Assembly: GCF_022846255.1 (NCBI RefSeq)
Contig: NZ_AP025682.1
Direction: 5' to 3' (one strand)
DNA length: 64,000 nucleotides
From: Escherichia coli
GTDB lineage: Bacteria; Pseudomonadota; Gammaproteobacteria; Enterobacterales; Enterobacteriaceae
Shown here: positions 35,096 through 45,900 of the stretch, piece by piece
Numbering within the stretch: the stretch's first letter is position 1
How the letters are laid out: every line of letters begins with the position of its first letter
Program-made: the position numbers and the translations under genes
The notes under the pieces: model-generated
What the model was told of the DNA's origin: nothing
Databases searched by the model: none
What the model saw: the letters and a program-made list of their open reading frames with translations, nothing else

Positions 35096-35482
35096 ATGGC
35101 TTACAGCGAAAAAGTTATCGACCATTACGAGAATCCGCGTAACGTGGGTTCCTTTGACAACAACGACGAGAACGTCGGCAGCGGCATGGTGGGTGCACCG
35201 GCCTGTGGCGACGTGATGAAGTTGCAGATTAAAGTCAACGATGAAGGTATCATTGAAGACGCGCGTTTTAAAACTTACGGCTGCGGTTCCGCTATCGCTT
35301 CCAGCTCCCTGGTCACCGAATGGGTGAAAGGGAAGTCTCTCGACGAAGCACAGGCGATCAAAAACACCGATATTGCTGAAGAACTTGAACTGCCGCCGGT
35401 GAAAATTCACTGTTCTATTCTGGCAGAAGACGCGATCAAAGCCGCCATTGCGGACTATAAAAGCAAACGTGAAGCAAAATAA
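35096..35482 (+). CDS. iscU: Fe-S cluster scaffold IscU
   Basis: 128 aa; conserved Cys ligands (GAPACGDVM, TYGCGSAIAS, HCSILAEDAI) and the LPPVK motif. Confidence 0.97.
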   Translation: MAYSEKVIDHYENPRNVGSFDNNDENVGSGMVGAPACGDVMKLQIKVNDEGIIEDARFKTYGCGSAIASSSLVTEWVKGKSLDEAQAIKNTDIAEELELPPVKIHCSILAEDAIKAAIADYKSKREAK

Positions 35483-35498
35483 GAGTTGAGGTTTGGTT

Positions 35499-35822
35499 AT
35501 GTCGATTACACTGAGCGACAGTGCAGCAGCGCGAGTAAATACCTTTCTGGCTAACCGCGGTAAAGGGTTTGGCCTGCGTCTGGGCGTGAGAACCTCCGGG
35601 TGTTCAGGTATGGCTTATGTACTGGAATTTGTTGACGAACCGACGCCGGAAGACATCGTGTTTGAAGACAAAGGCGTGAAAGTCGTGGTCGATGGCAAAA
35701 GCCTGCAATTTCTGGACGGTACGCAGCTGGACTTCGTCAAAGAAGGCCTTAACGAAGGGTTTAAATTCACCAACCCGAACGTCAAAGATGAGTGTGGTTG
35801 CGGCGAAAGCTTCCACGTTTGA
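35499..35822 (+). CDS. iscA: A-type Fe-S carrier IscA
   Basis: 107 aa; C-terminal CGCGESF motif. Confidence 0.95.
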   Translation: MSITLSDSAAARVNTFLANRGKGFGLRLGVRTSGCSGMAYVLEFVDEPTPEDIVFEDKGVKVVVDGKSLQFLDGTQLDFVKEGLNEGFKFTNPNVKDECGCGESFHV

Positions 35823-35917
35823 TGCGCATACCGATAACCCCACCGTGGTCGCCTGCGCGTGGGGTTTGTTTTACCTGATTCGCCGTTATCGCGGCGGATC
35901 GCAGCCCTGAGAATGTT

Positions 35918-36433
35918 ATGGATTACTTCACCCTCTTTGGCTTGCCTGCCCGTTATCAACTCGATACCCAGGCGCTGAGCCTGCGTTTTCAGGATCTACA
36001 ACGTCAGTATCATCCTGATAAATTCGCCAGCGGAAGCCAGGCGGAACAACTCGCCGCCGTACAGCAATCCGCGACCATTAACCAGGCCTGGCAAACGCTG
36101 CGTCATCCGTTAATGCGCGCGGAATATTTGCTTTCTTTGCACGGTTTTGATCTCGCCAGCGAGCAGCATACTGTGCGCGACACCGCGTTCCTGATGGAAC
36201 AGCTGGAACTGCGCGAAGAACTGGACGAGATCGAACAGGCGAAAGATGAAGCGCGGCTGGAAAGCTTTATCAAACGTGTGAAAAAGATGTTTGATACCCG
36301 CCATCAGTTGATGGTTGAACAGTTAGACAACGAGACGTGGGACGCGGCGGCGGATACCGTGCGTAAGCTGCGTTTTCTCGATAAACTGCGGAGCAGTGCC
36401 GAACAACTCGAAGAAAAACTGCTCGATTTTTAA
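35918..36433 (+). CDS. hscB: J-domain co-chaperone HscB
   Basis: 171 aa; J-domain HPD motif (QRQYHPDKF). Confidence 0.95.
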   Translation: MDYFTLFGLPARYQLDTQALSLRFQDLQRQYHPDKFASGSQAEQLAAVQQSATINQAWQTLRHPLMRAEYLLSLHGFDLASEQHTVRDTAFLMEQLELREELDEIEQAKDEARLESFIKRVKKMFDTRHQLMVEQLDNETWDAAADTVRKLRFLDKLRSSAEQLEEKLLDF

Positions 36434-36449
36434 TTTCTGGAAGCTAAAC

Positions 36450-38300
36450 ATGGCCTTATTACAAATTAGTGAACCTGGTTTGAGTGCTGCGCCGCATCAG
36501 CGTCGCCTGGCGGCCGGTATTGACCTGGGCACAACCAACTCGCTGGTGGCAACAGTGCGCAGCGGTCAGGCCGAAACGTTAGCTGACCATGAAGGCCGTC
36601 ACCTGCTGCCATCTGTTGTTCACTATCAACAGCAAGGGCATTCGGTGGGTTATGACGCGCGTACTAATGCAGCGCTCGATACCGCCAACACAATTAGTTC
36701 TGTTAAACGCCTGATGGGGCGCTCGCTGGCTGATATCCAGCAACGCTATCCGCATCTGCCTTATCAATTCCAGGCCAGCGAAAACGGCCTTCCGATGATT
36801 GAAACGGCGGCGGGGCTGCTGAACCCGGTGCGCGTTTCTGCGGACATCCTCAAAGCACTGGCGGCGCGGGCAACTGAAGCCCTGGCAGGCGAGCTGGATG
36901 GTGTCGTTATCACCGTTCCGGCGTACTTTGACGATGCCCAGCGTCAGGGCACCAAAGACGCGGCGCGTCTGGCGGGCCTTCACGTCCTGCGCTTACTTAA
37001 CGAACCGACCGCTGCGGCTATCGCCTACGGGCTGGATTCCGGTCAGGAAGGCGTGATCGCTGTTTATGACCTCGGCGGCGGGACGTTTGATATTTCCATT
37101 CTGCGCTTAAGTCGCGGCGTGTTTGAAGTGCTGGCAACCGGCGGTGATTCCGCGCTCGGCGGCGATGATTTCGACCATTTGCTGGCGGATTATATTCGCG
37201 AGCAGGCGGGCATTCCTGATCGTAGCGATAACCGCGTTCAGCGTGAACTGCTGGATGCCGCCATTGCAGCCAAAATCGCGCTGAGTGATGCGGACTCCGT
37301 GACCGTTAACGTTGCGGGCTGGCAGGGCGAAATCAGCCGTGAACAATTCAATGAACTGATCGCGCCACTGGTAAAACGAACCTTACTGGCTTGTCGTCGC
37401 GCGCTGAAAGACGCGGGTGTAGAAGCTGATGAAGTGCTGGAAGTGGTGATGGTGGGCGGTTCTACTCGCGTGCCGCTGGTGCGTGAACGGGTAGGCGAAT
37501 TTTTCGGTCGTCCACCGCTGACTTCCATCGACCCGGATAAAGTCGTCGCTATTGGCGCGGCGATTCAGGCGGATATTCTGGTGGGTAACAAGCCAGACAG
37601 CGAAATGCTGCTGCTTGATGTGATCCCACTGTCGCTGGGCCTCGAAACGATGGGCGGCCTGGTGGAGAAAGTGATTCCGCGTAATACCACGATTCCGGTG
37701 GCTCGCGCCCAGGATTTCACCACCTTTAAAGATGGTCAGACGGCGATGTCTATCCATGTAATGCAGGGTGAGCGTGAACTGGTGCAGGACTGCCGCTCGC
37801 TGGCGCGTTTTGCGCTGCGTGGTATTCCGGCGCTACCGGCTGGCGGTGCGCATATTCGCGTGACGTTCCAGGTCGATGCCGACGGTCTTTTGAGCGTGAC
37901 GGCGATGGAGAAATCCACCGGCGTTGAGGCATCTATTCAGGTCAAACCGTCTTATGGTCTGACCGACAGCGAAATCGCCTCGATGATCAAAGACTCAATG
38001 AGCTATGCCGAGCAGGACGTAAAAGCCCGAATGCTGGCAGAACAAAAAGTAGAAGCGGCGCGTGTGCTGGAAAGTCTGCACGGTGCGCTGGCTGCTGATG
38101 CCGCGCTGTTAAGCGCCGCAGAACGTCAGGATATCGACGATGCTGCCGCTCACCTGAGTGAAGTGGCGCAGGGCGATGATGTTGACGCCATCGAACAAGC
38201 GATTAAAAACGTAGACAAACAAACCCAGGATTTCGCCGCTCGCCGCATGGACCAGTCGGTTCGCCGTGCGCTGAAAGGCCATTCCGTGGACGAGGTTTAA
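36450..38300 (+). CDS. hscA: Hsp70-type chaperone HscA
   Basis: 616 aa from ATG 36450 ([10 protein letters not shown]); DnaK-like ATPase motifs ([17 protein letters not shown]). Confidence 0.96.
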   Translation: MALLQISEPGLSAAPHQRRLAAGIDLGTTNSLVATVRSGQAETLADHEGRHLLPSVVHYQQQGHSVGYDARTNAALDTANTISSVKRLMGRSLADIQQRYPHLPYQFQASENGLPMIETAAGLLNPVRVSADILKALAARATEALAGELDGVVITVPAYFDDAQRQGTKDAARLAGLHVLRLLNEPTAAAIAYGLDSGQEGVIAVYDLGGGTFDISILRLSRGVFEVLATGGDSALGGDDFDHLLADYIREQAGIPDRSDNRVQRELLDAAIAAKIALSDADSVTVNVAGWQGEISREQFNELIAPLVKRTLLACRRALKDAGVEADEVLEVVMVGGSTRVPLVRERVGEFFGRPPLTSIDPDKVVAIGAAIQADILVGNKPDSEMLLLDVIPLSLGLETMGGLVEKVIPRNTTIPVARAQDFTTFKDGQTAMSIHVMQGERELVQDCRSLARFALRGIPALPAGGAHIRVTFQVDADGLLSVTAMEKSTGVEASIQVKPSYGLTDSEIASMIKDSMSYAEQDVKARMLAEQKVEAARVLESLHGALAADAALLSAAERQDIDDAAAHLSEVAQGDDVDAIEQAIKNVDKQTQDFAARRMDQSVRRALKGHSVDEV

Positions 38301-38301
38301 T

Positions 38302-38637
38302 ATGCCAAAGATTGTTATTTTGCCTCATCAGGATCTCTGCCCTGATGGCGCTGTTCTGGAAGCGAATAGTGGTGAAACCATTCTCGACGTTGCGCTGCGT
38401 AACGGTATCGAGATTGAACACGCCTGTGAAAAATCCTGTGCTTGCACCACCTGCCACTGCATCGTTCGCGAAGGTTTTGACTCGCTGCCGGAAAGCTCAG
38501 AGCAGGAAGACGACATGCTGGACAAAGCCTGGGGACTGGAGCCGGAAAGCCGTTTAAGCTGCCAGGCGCGCGTTACTGACGAAGATTTAGTGGTCGAAAT
38601 CCCGCGTTACACTATCAACCATGCGCGTGAGCATTAA
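38302..38637 (+). CDS. fdx: [2Fe-2S] ferredoxin (adrenodoxin-type)
   Basis: 111 aa; Cys ligands [12 protein letters not shown]...C. Confidence 0.95.
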   Translation: MPKIVILPHQDLCPDGAVLEANSGETILDVALRNGIEIEHACEKSCACTTCHCIVREGFDSLPESSEQEDDMLDKAWGLEPESRLSCQARVTDEDLVVEIPRYTINHAREH

Positions 38638-38648
38638 CAGAGGTTACT

Positions 38649-38849
38649 ATGGGACTTAAGTGGACCGATAGCCGCGAAATTGGCGAAGCACTGTACGATG
38701 CGTATCCCGATCTTGATCCGAAAAGGGTTCGATTCACCGATATGCATCAGTGGATTTGCGATCTGGAAGATTTCGACGACGACCCGCAGGCATCCAACGA
38801 AAAAATCCTCGAAGCGATTTTGTTGGTCTGGCTGGACGAAGCCGAGTAA
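38649..38849 (+). CDS. iscX: Fe-S assembly protein IscX
   Basis: 66-aa acidic protein [24 protein letters not shown] at the end of the isc operon. Confidence 0.93.
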   Translation: MGLKWTDSREIGEALYDAYPDLDPKRVRFTDMHQWICDLEDFDDDPQASNEKILEAILLVWLDEAE

Positions 38850-38907
38850 ATGAACGGGCTGCCTGGGGGTAGCCCGTTTTGCTGTTAAACGAATAAGGAT
38901 AACTAAA

Positions 38908-40191
38908 ATGACAGAAGCGATGAAAATTACCCTCTCTACCCAACCTGCCGATGCGCGCTGGGGAGAAAAAGCAACTTACAGCATTAATAATGATGGCATT
39001 ACCCTGCATTTGAACGGGGCAGACGATCTGGGGCTGATCCAGCGTGCGGCGCGCAAGATTGATGGTCTGGGCATCAAGCATGTTCAGCTAAGCGGAGAAG
39101 GCTGGGATGCGGATCGCTGCTGGGCATTCTGGCAAGGTTACAAAGCCCCGAAAGGCACGCGTAAAGTGGAGTGGCCGGATCTGGACGATGTCCAGCGCCA
39201 GGAACTGGATAACCGCCTGATGATCATCGACTGGGTGCGTGACACCATTAACGCACCGGCGGAAGAGCTGGGGCCATCGCAACTGGCACAGCGTGCTGTT
39301 GATCTGATCAGCAATGTCGCGGGCGATCGTGTGACTTACCGGATCACCAAAGGCGAAGATCTGCGTGATCAAGGTTATATGGGACTGCACACGGTCGGAC
39401 GCGGTTCAGAACGTTCTCCGGTATTGCTGGCGCTGGATTACAACCCAACTGGCGATAAAGAAGCGCCAGTGTACGCGTGCCTGGTTGGTAAAGGCATCAC
39501 TTTTGACTCCGGCGGCTACAGCATCAAACAGACCGCATTTATGGACTCGATGAAGTCGGACATGGGCGGCGCGGCAACGGTTACCGGGGCGCTGGCGTTT
39601 GCCATTACGCGCGGACTGAATAAGCGCGTGAAGCTGTTCCTCTGCTGTGCGGATAACCTGATCAGCGGCAACGCGTTCAAACTGGGCGATATTATTACCT
39701 ATCGCAACGGTAAAAAAGTCGAAGTGATGAACACCGATGCCGAAGGGCGTCTGGTGCTGGCCGATGGCCTGATTGATGCCAGTGCGCAGAAACCGGAACT
39801 GATCATTGATGCGGCGACCCTCACCGGGGCGGCGAAAACTGCGCTGGGTAATGATTATCACGCGTTGTTCAGTTTTGACGATGCGCTTGCCGGTCGTTTG
39901 CTGGCGAGTGCCTCACAAGAGAACGAACCGTTCTGGCGTCTGCCGCTTGCGGAATTCCACCGCAGCCAGCTGCCGTCTAACTTTGCCGAACTGAACAATA
40001 CCGGAAGCGCGGCGTATCCGGCAGGTGCAAGTACGGCTGCGGGCTTCCTGTCGCACTTTGTTGAGAACTATCAGCAAGGCTGGCTGCATATCGACTGCTC
40101 GGCGACTTACCGTAAAGCGCCGGTTGAACAGTGGTCTGCGGGTGCTACGGGACTTGGTGTGCGCACGATTGCTAATCTGTTAACGGCGTAA
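38908..40191 (+). CDS. pepB: aminopeptidase B (M17 family)
   Basis: 427 aa; M17 motif NTDAEGRL. Confidence 0.95.
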   Translation: MTEAMKITLSTQPADARWGEKATYSINNDGITLHLNGADDLGLIQRAARKIDGLGIKHVQLSGEGWDADRCWAFWQGYKAPKGTRKVEWPDLDDVQRQELDNRLMIIDWVRDTINAPAEELGPSQLAQRAVDLISNVAGDRVTYRITKGEDLRDQGYMGLHTVGRGSERSPVLLALDYNPTGDKEAPVYACLVGKGITFDSGGYSIKQTAFMDSMKSDMGGAATVTGALAFAITRGLNKRVKLFLCCADNLISGNAFKLGDIITYRNGKKVEVMNTDAEGRLVLADGLIDASAQKPELIIDAATLTGAAKTALGNDYHALFSFDDALAGRLLASASQENEPFWRLPLAEFHRSQLPSNFAELNNTGSAAYPAGASTAAGFLSHFVENYQQGWLHIDCSATYRKAPVEQWSAGATGLGVRTIANLLTA

Positions 40192-40199
40192 ACTAATAT

Positions 40200-40296
<97 letters not shown>

Positions 40297-40332
40297 ACTT
40301 GCTCCCCGAACGTTGAATGAATTGTGGTTCTT

Positions 40333-41109
40333 ATGTCCGAAACAAAAAACGAACTTGAAGACCTGCTGGAAAAAGCAGCAACCGAACCGGCTCACCGCCC
40401 GGCCTTTTTCCGTACTCTACTGGAATCCACCGTCTGGGTGCCTGGTACGGCGGCGCAGGGCGAGGCAGTAGTTGAAGATAGCGCGCTTGATTTACAGCAC
40501 TGGGAAAAAGAAGACGGCACCAGCGTCATTCCTTTTTTTACCTCGTTAGAAGCACTTCAACAGGCGGTTGAAGACGAACAGGCATTTGTCGTAATGCCCG
40601 TTCGCACATTGTTTGAGATGACCCTTGGCGAAACGCTCTTCCTTAATGCCAAACTGCCAACCGGTAAAGAGTTTATGCCGCGTGAAATCAGTTTGTTGAT
40701 TGGTGAAGAAGGGAATCCGCTGAGTAGCCAGGAAGTACTGGAAGGCGGTGAATCGCTGATATTATCGGAAGTCGCAGAGCTGCCAGCACAAATGATTGAT
40801 TCACTCACCACCTTATTTAAAACCATTAAGCCGGTGAAGCGTGCTTTTATTTGTTCAATTAAAGAGAACGAAGAGGCACAGCCTAATTTACTTATTGGCA
40901 TTGAAGCCGATGGTGATATCGAAGAAATTATTCAGGTGGCGGGAAGTGTAGCGACCGATACATTACCTGGCGATGAGCCCATCGATATTTGTCAGGTGAA
41001 AAAAGGGGAAAAAGGAATTAGCCACTTTATTACCGAACATATTGTGCCATTCTATGAACGTCGCTGGGGTGGTTTTTTGCGTGACTTTAAACAGAGTCGG
41101 ATAATCTAA
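40333..41109 (+). CDS. sseB: SseB (enhanced serine sensitivity protein B)
   Basis: 258 aa from ATG 40333 (MSETKNELEDLLEKAATEPAHRPAFF). Confidence 0.9.
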   Translation: MSETKNELEDLLEKAATEPAHRPAFFRTLLESTVWVPGTAAQGEAVVEDSALDLQHWEKEDGTSVIPFFTSLEALQQAVEDEQAFVVMPVRTLFEMTLGETLFLNAKLPTGKEFMPREISLLIGEEGNPLSSQEVLEGGESLILSEVAELPAQMIDSLTTLFKTIKPVKRAFICSIKENEEAQPNLLIGIEADGDIEEIIQVAGSVATDTLPGDEPIDICQVKKGEKGISHFITEHIVPFYERRWGGFLRDFKQSRII

Positions 41110-41420
41110 AATATGCCGCCCCAAAGGGCGGCATTCGGGCTTACTTGCTGCTCTGAAGTTTGTTAACCACCAGTAAATTGTCGCCGGAGAGACTCCGGTT
41201 ATTATTTACCTCGGTTAACAGCGCACCAGAAACAATAAGTACGATACAGAAGCACCGTATCTTCATTGTGCGGTCCATGCGAAGACCGCATCACGACAGC
41301 ACCACTGGCGATATTGCCGCGATAGCAAGCGCTGTGAAACACCTGCATTTACGGCCATGGAACATCCTTTCCTTAAGCCAGCGCCCGTTTGCGAGACGGC
41401 GGAAAGGGCCGGTGTCGATA
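41105..41420 (-). ncRNA. ryfA: RyfA-like transcript (about 310 nt; probably a small-protein mRNA, TimP/RyfA family)
   Basis: Minus-strand unit bounded by a 9-bp GC-rich hairpin (41113-41134) plus U-run at its 3' end and promoter-like elements near 41420-41461; position between sseB and sseA and size match enterobacterial ryfA; the 5' end is approximate. Confidence 0.55.
41141..41278 (-). CDS. candidate small hydrophobic peptide (TimP-like putative type I toxin), 45 aa, or 41 aa from the second ATG
   Basis: Minus-strand ORF MDRTMKIRCFCIVLIVSGALLTEVNNNRSLSGDNLLVVNKLQSSK inside the RyfA-like transcript; hydrophobic N-terminal segment then polar tail; weak Shine-Dalgarno; below the 60-aa cutoff of the supplied ORF track. 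Confidence 0.35.
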   Translation of the reverse strand: MDRTMKIRCFCIVLIVSGALLTEVNNNRSLSGDNLLVVNKLQSSK

Positions 41421-41489
41421 ATACGCTAAATAAACAATGATTGCTCTCTTTCGCTTGACAAAAAGAGAGTTACTGGCGAGTATTGCTTT

Positions 41490-41592
41490 GCTGTGAAGCA
41501 CCTGCGTTGCTCATGCAACACAAGCCAATCTGCTGGAAAGGCCGCGAACCAAACCAGCAACAAATAACCGCCTGATTTTGGCGGTTTTTTGT
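41490..41592 (+). ncRNA. candidate small RNA unit 1 (about 100 nt), divergent from the RyfA-like transcript; putative antitoxin (TimR/RyfB-like)
   Basis: TTGACA (41455-41460) - 17 bp - GAGTAT (41478-41483) promoter, then about 100 nt ending in AACCGCC-tgatttt-GGCGGTT hairpin plus TTTTTTGTTG; the 5' end (41490-41505, GCTGTGAAGCACCTGC) is complementary to the RyfA-like RNA; no ORF. Confidence 0.45.
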
Positions 41593-41767
41593 TGTTTAAA
41601 GAAAGTGAAATTACACGTTTAAGTAATATCTTTTACCAGTTAGTATTTTAATATTAAGCGGGATTTGTTTATATTTGTCTGAATTCGGACTGATAAGCCA
41701 AATGAATTCAAAATCTATCCTTTTTTATCTACTTGACATCGTTGATGCATAAAGCGAGTATTGAGTA

Positions 41768-41856
41768 GACGAGATACACTTGCAGTAATACAACCTGCTG
41801 GAAAGGCCGCGAACCAGACCAGCAATAAAAAACCGCCAAATTCGGCGGTTTTTTAT
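41768..41856 (+). ncRNA. candidate small RNA unit 2 (paralog of unit 1, about 90 nt); its terminator also serves convergent sseA
   Basis: Second TTGACA (41733-41738) - 17 bp - GAGTAT (41756-41761) promoter; 3' 60 nt (CTGCTGGAAAGGCCGCGAACCAGACCAGCAA...) near-identical to unit 1; ends in AAAACCGCC-aaattc-GGCGGTTTTTT bidirectional terminator directly after the sseA stop. Confidence 0.4.
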
Positions 41857-41870
41857 TGCCTGTAAAAAGC

Positions 41871-42716
41871 TTATTTTACGGGCTCAACCGGTAAATCTGC
41901 TCGTGCGCCCCATTCACTCCATGCGCCGTCGTACAGTTTCACGTTTGGCACATCAAGTGTCGCGAGTGCCAACAAAACCACGGCTGCCGTTACACCAGAG
42001 CCGCAGCTGACGATAATAGGTTTGTCATAACTTACGCCGCGACCAAAAAATATCGCATCCAGTTCATCGGTCGTTTTTAGTTCACCTTCGCGCACCAGTT
42101 CCGTCCACGGAACATTTAGTGCACCGGGAATATGTCCGCGACGTAAACCTGGGCGAGGTTCATCAACTTCTGCGTTAAAACGTGCAGCCGGGCGGGCATC
42201 GATAATTTGCGCCGTATTTTCATGGCTTGCCAATAACACATCGGTTACTTTCACCACGGCTTCAGGATTAAACGCGGCGTTAAACTCTCCTTCCGGCAGC
42301 TCTACTGCGCCTTCTTCTAATAGCAGATCATCACGCTGCCAGCCTGCAAGTCCACCACCCAGAATCGACACTTTCTCTACACCAAAGGTGCGCAGCATCC
42401 ACCATGCTCGTGGGGCTGAGAAAAGATTACCTTCGTCATAGACAATCAGGTGCTTATCCTGGTTAACGCCTAATTCACGCATCGCCACGGCGAACGTTTC
42501 CGGGCGCGGCAGCATGTGCGGAAGCGGGGAAGTGTGATCAGAAAGCGCTTCTATATCAAAAAACACTGCGCCGGGAATATGTCCATTCAGATACTCCTGA
42601 GCAACGTTACGATCTTCCTGTCCAGGCGACGCCATGCGGGCATCGATAATCTGAATTTCCGGGTCATCAATATGTTCGGCGAGCCAGTCGGCTCCTACAA
42701 ACCATGTCGTGGACAT
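41871..42716 (-). CDS. sseA: 3-mercaptopyruvate sulfurtransferase (tandem rhodanese domains)
   Basis: 281 aa from internal ATG 42716 (MSTTWFVGADWL); active-site CGSGVTA. Confidence 0.93.
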   Translation of the reverse strand: MSTTWFVGADWLAEHIDDPEIQIIDARMASPGQEDRNVAQEYLNGHIPGAVFFDIEALSDHTSPLPHMLPRPETFAVAMRELGVNQDKHLIVYDEGNLFSAPRAWWMLRTFGVEKVSILGGGLAGWQRDDLLLEEGAVELPEGEFNAAFNPEAVVKVTDVLLASHENTAQIIDARPAARFNAEVDEPRPGLRRGHIPGALNVPWTELVREGELKTTDELDAIFFGRGVSYDKPIIVSCGSGVTAAVVLLALATLDVPNVKLYDGAWSEWGARADLPVEPVK

Positions 42717-42922
42717 AGGCATCTCCATTTTTGCCGGGGTTAGGCTAAATTGTCGGATGTTTAGTGAAAGGCGACAAGCAAAAGAGGCTGATTTGGCTGT
42801 CTGAGCCACAATTCTCACTAAAATTCGGATTGTATGGGCGTGATACTGAATTACATAACGTAAATTCTCACGCATAATAATTATTCGACGTTGCTAACGG
42901 GCCATTGTGGCAGGGATGAAAA

Positions 42923-45900
42923 ATGAAAAAGTTACGCGTAGCCGCCTGCATGCTAATGCTGGCGCTGGCAGGGTGCGACAACAACGATAACGCGCCAACA
43001 GCGGTGAAAAAAGATGCGCCTTCTGAAGTTACTAAAGCGGCCTCTTCAGAAAACGTGAGTTCAGCAAAACTTTCCGCGCCAGAGCGACAAAAACTGGCCC
43101 AACAGAGTGCCGGTAAGGCGCTGACATTGCTGGATCTCTCTGAAGTTCAACTTGATGGCGCAGCCACGCTGGTGCTGACATTCTCCATCCCTCTCGACCC
43201 GGATCAGGAATTCTCACGCGTTATCCATGTCGTCGATAAGAAAAGCGGCAAAGTGGATGGTGCCTGGGAGCTGTCAGATAATCTTAAAGAGTTGCGTTTA
43301 CGCCACCTCGAACCGAAACGTGATTTGATCGTCACTATTGGCAAGGAGGTCAAAGCACTCAACAACGCAACCTTCAGTAAAGATTACGAAAAAACTATAA
43401 CTACCCGAGATATCCAACCCAGCGTCGGTTTTGCCAGCCGTGGCTCGTTGTTACCTGGTAAAGTTATTGAAGGGCTGCCGGTAATGGCGCTCAACGTTAA
43501 CAATGTCGATGTTAACTTCTTCCGTGTTAAGCCAGAATCTCTGCCTGCATTCATTAGCCAATGGGAATACCGCAATTCGCTGGCGAACTGGCAGTCTGAC
43601 AAACTGCTGCAGATGGCGGATCTGGTTTATACCGGACGGTTTGATCTCAATTCTGCGCGTAACACCCGTGAAAAATTATTGCTGCCGCTGGGCGATATCA
43701 AACCGCTTCAGCAGGCAGGCGTGTATCTGGCTGTGATGAATCAGGCTGGACGTTACGATTACAGTAATCCCGCGACGCTGTTTACGTTAAGTGATATCGG
43801 CGTTTCAGCTCACCGTTATCACAATCGTCTGGATATCTTTACCCAAAGCCTGGAAAACGGCGCGGCCCAGCAAGGAGTTGAAGTCTCATTATTAAATGAG
43901 AAAGGGCAGACTCTGACTCAGGCAACCAGTGATGCCCAGGGGCATGTGCAGCTGGAAAATGATAAAAACGCGGCATTACTGTTGGCGCGTAAAGACGGTC
44001 AGACAACGCTACTCGATTTAAAACTTCCGGCGCTGGACTTAGCAGAATTTAACATTGCTGGCGCGCCAGGCTATAGCAAACAGTTTTTCATGTTTGGCCC
44101 GCGCGATCTTTATCGCCCTGGTGAAACAGTCATCCTCAATGGTTTATTGCGTGATGCAGATGGTAAAGCATTGCCCGATCAACCCATCAAGTTAGACGTG
44201 ATTAAACCCGACGGGCAGGTACTCAGGAGCGTCGTTAGTCAGCCGGAGAATGGCCTCTACCACTTTACCTGGCCACTCGATAGCAATGCGGCAACCGGTA
44301 TGTGGCATATTCGCGCTAACACGGGCGATAACCAGTATCGGATGTGGGATTTCCACGTCGAAGATTTTATGCCAGAGCGCATGGCGCTGAATCTGACCGG
44401 TGAGAAAACCCCGCTAACGCCGAAAGATGAAGTGAGATTCTCCGTGGTGGGGTACTACCTGTATGGTGCGCCTGCTAATGGTAATACTTTGCAAGGGCAA
44501 CTTTTCCTGCGCCCACTGCGTGAAGCTGTGTCAGCCTTACCTGGTTTCGAATTCGGCGATATAGCTGCCGAAAATCTTTCCCGCACGCTGGATGAAGTTC
44601 AGTTGACGCTGGATGATAAAGGGCGTGGCGAAGTTTCTACAGAAAGCCAGTGGAAGGAAACGCATTCCCCATTACAGGTTATTTTCCAGGGTAGTTTGTT
44701 GGAATCGGGCGGTCGCCCGGTGACGCGCCGCGCTGAGCAGGCTATCTGGCCTGCTGATGCATTGCCGGGGATCCGTCCGCAGTTCGCCTCGAAATCGGTT
44801 TACGATTATCGCACCGACAGCACGGTGAAACAGCCCATTGTTGATGAAGGCAGTAACGCCGCTTTTGACATCGTTTATAGCGATGCGCAAGGCGTGAAAA
44901 AAGCCGTATCGGGCTTGCAGGTGCGCCTGATTCGCGAACGCCGCGATTACTACTGGAACTGGTCGGAATATGAAGGCTGGCAGTCACAGTTTGAGCAAAA
45001 AGATCTGATCGAAAATGAACAAACTCTGGATCTGAAAGCGGACGAAACCGGTAAGGTCAGTTTCCCGGTAGAGTGGGGCGCTTATCGTCTGGAAGTTAAA
45101 GCGCCGAATGAAGCGGTCAGTAGTGTGCGTTTCTGGGCTGGCTATAGCTGGCAGGACAACAGCGACGGGAGCGGTGCCGTGCGACCCGACCGTGTCACGC
45201 TGAAACTGGATAAAGCCAGTTATCGCCCTGGCGATACCATTAAGTTGCATATTGCCGCGCCAACGGCGGGTAAAGGTTATGCGATGGTCGAGTCCAGTGA
45301 AGGGCCGCTGTGGTGGCAAGAGATTGATGTTCCGGCTCAAGGGCTGGATCTGACGATTCCGGTCGATAAAACCTGGAATCGTCATGATTTGTATTTAAGT
45401 ACGCTGGTGGTACGTCCTGGCGATAAATCTCGCTCCGCGACGCCAAAACGCGCAGTTGGGGTGTTGCATCTGCCGCTTGGCGATGAAAACCGTCGTCTCG
45501 ATCTGGCGCTGGAAACCCCCACCAAAATGCGCCCCAATCAGCCATTAACCGTGAAAATTAAAGCCAGCAATAAAAATGGTGAGATGCCAAAACAGGTGAA
45601 TGTGCTGGTGTCTGCCGTTGATAGCGGTGTGCTGAATATTACTGATTACGTTACCCCCGATCCGTGGCAGGCGTTCTTTGGTCAGAAACGCTATGGTGCA
45701 GACATTTACGATATTTACGGTCAGGTCATTGAAGGTCAGGGGCGTCTGGCAGCTCTGCGTTTTGGTGGCGATGGTGATGAGCTGAAACGTGGTGGTAAAC
45801 CGCCGGTCAATCACGTCAATATTGTCGCGCAGCAGGCGCTGCCGGTAACGCTCAACGAACAGGGTGAAGGCTCGGTTACACTGCCGATTGGTGATTTTAA

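Noticed and set aside
41341-41365. Two short upstream ORFs (24 aa MFHGRKCRCFTALAIAAISPVVLS and 33 aa MAVNAGV...) in the 5' part of the RyfA-like transcript
   Set aside because: Short and without distinctive features; the first has a good AAGGAAAGG Shine-Dalgarno and may be a leader or standby ORF, but coding function cannot be supported from sequence alone. Mentioned only as context for the sRNA pairing site.
41160-41429. 89-aa plus-strand ORF (TTG start) in the sseB-sseA intergenic region
   Set aside because: Non-canonical start, no Shine-Dalgarno, basic low-complexity product; lies antisense to the RyfA-like transcript, so the region is better explained as small-RNA and small-peptide locus on the other strand.
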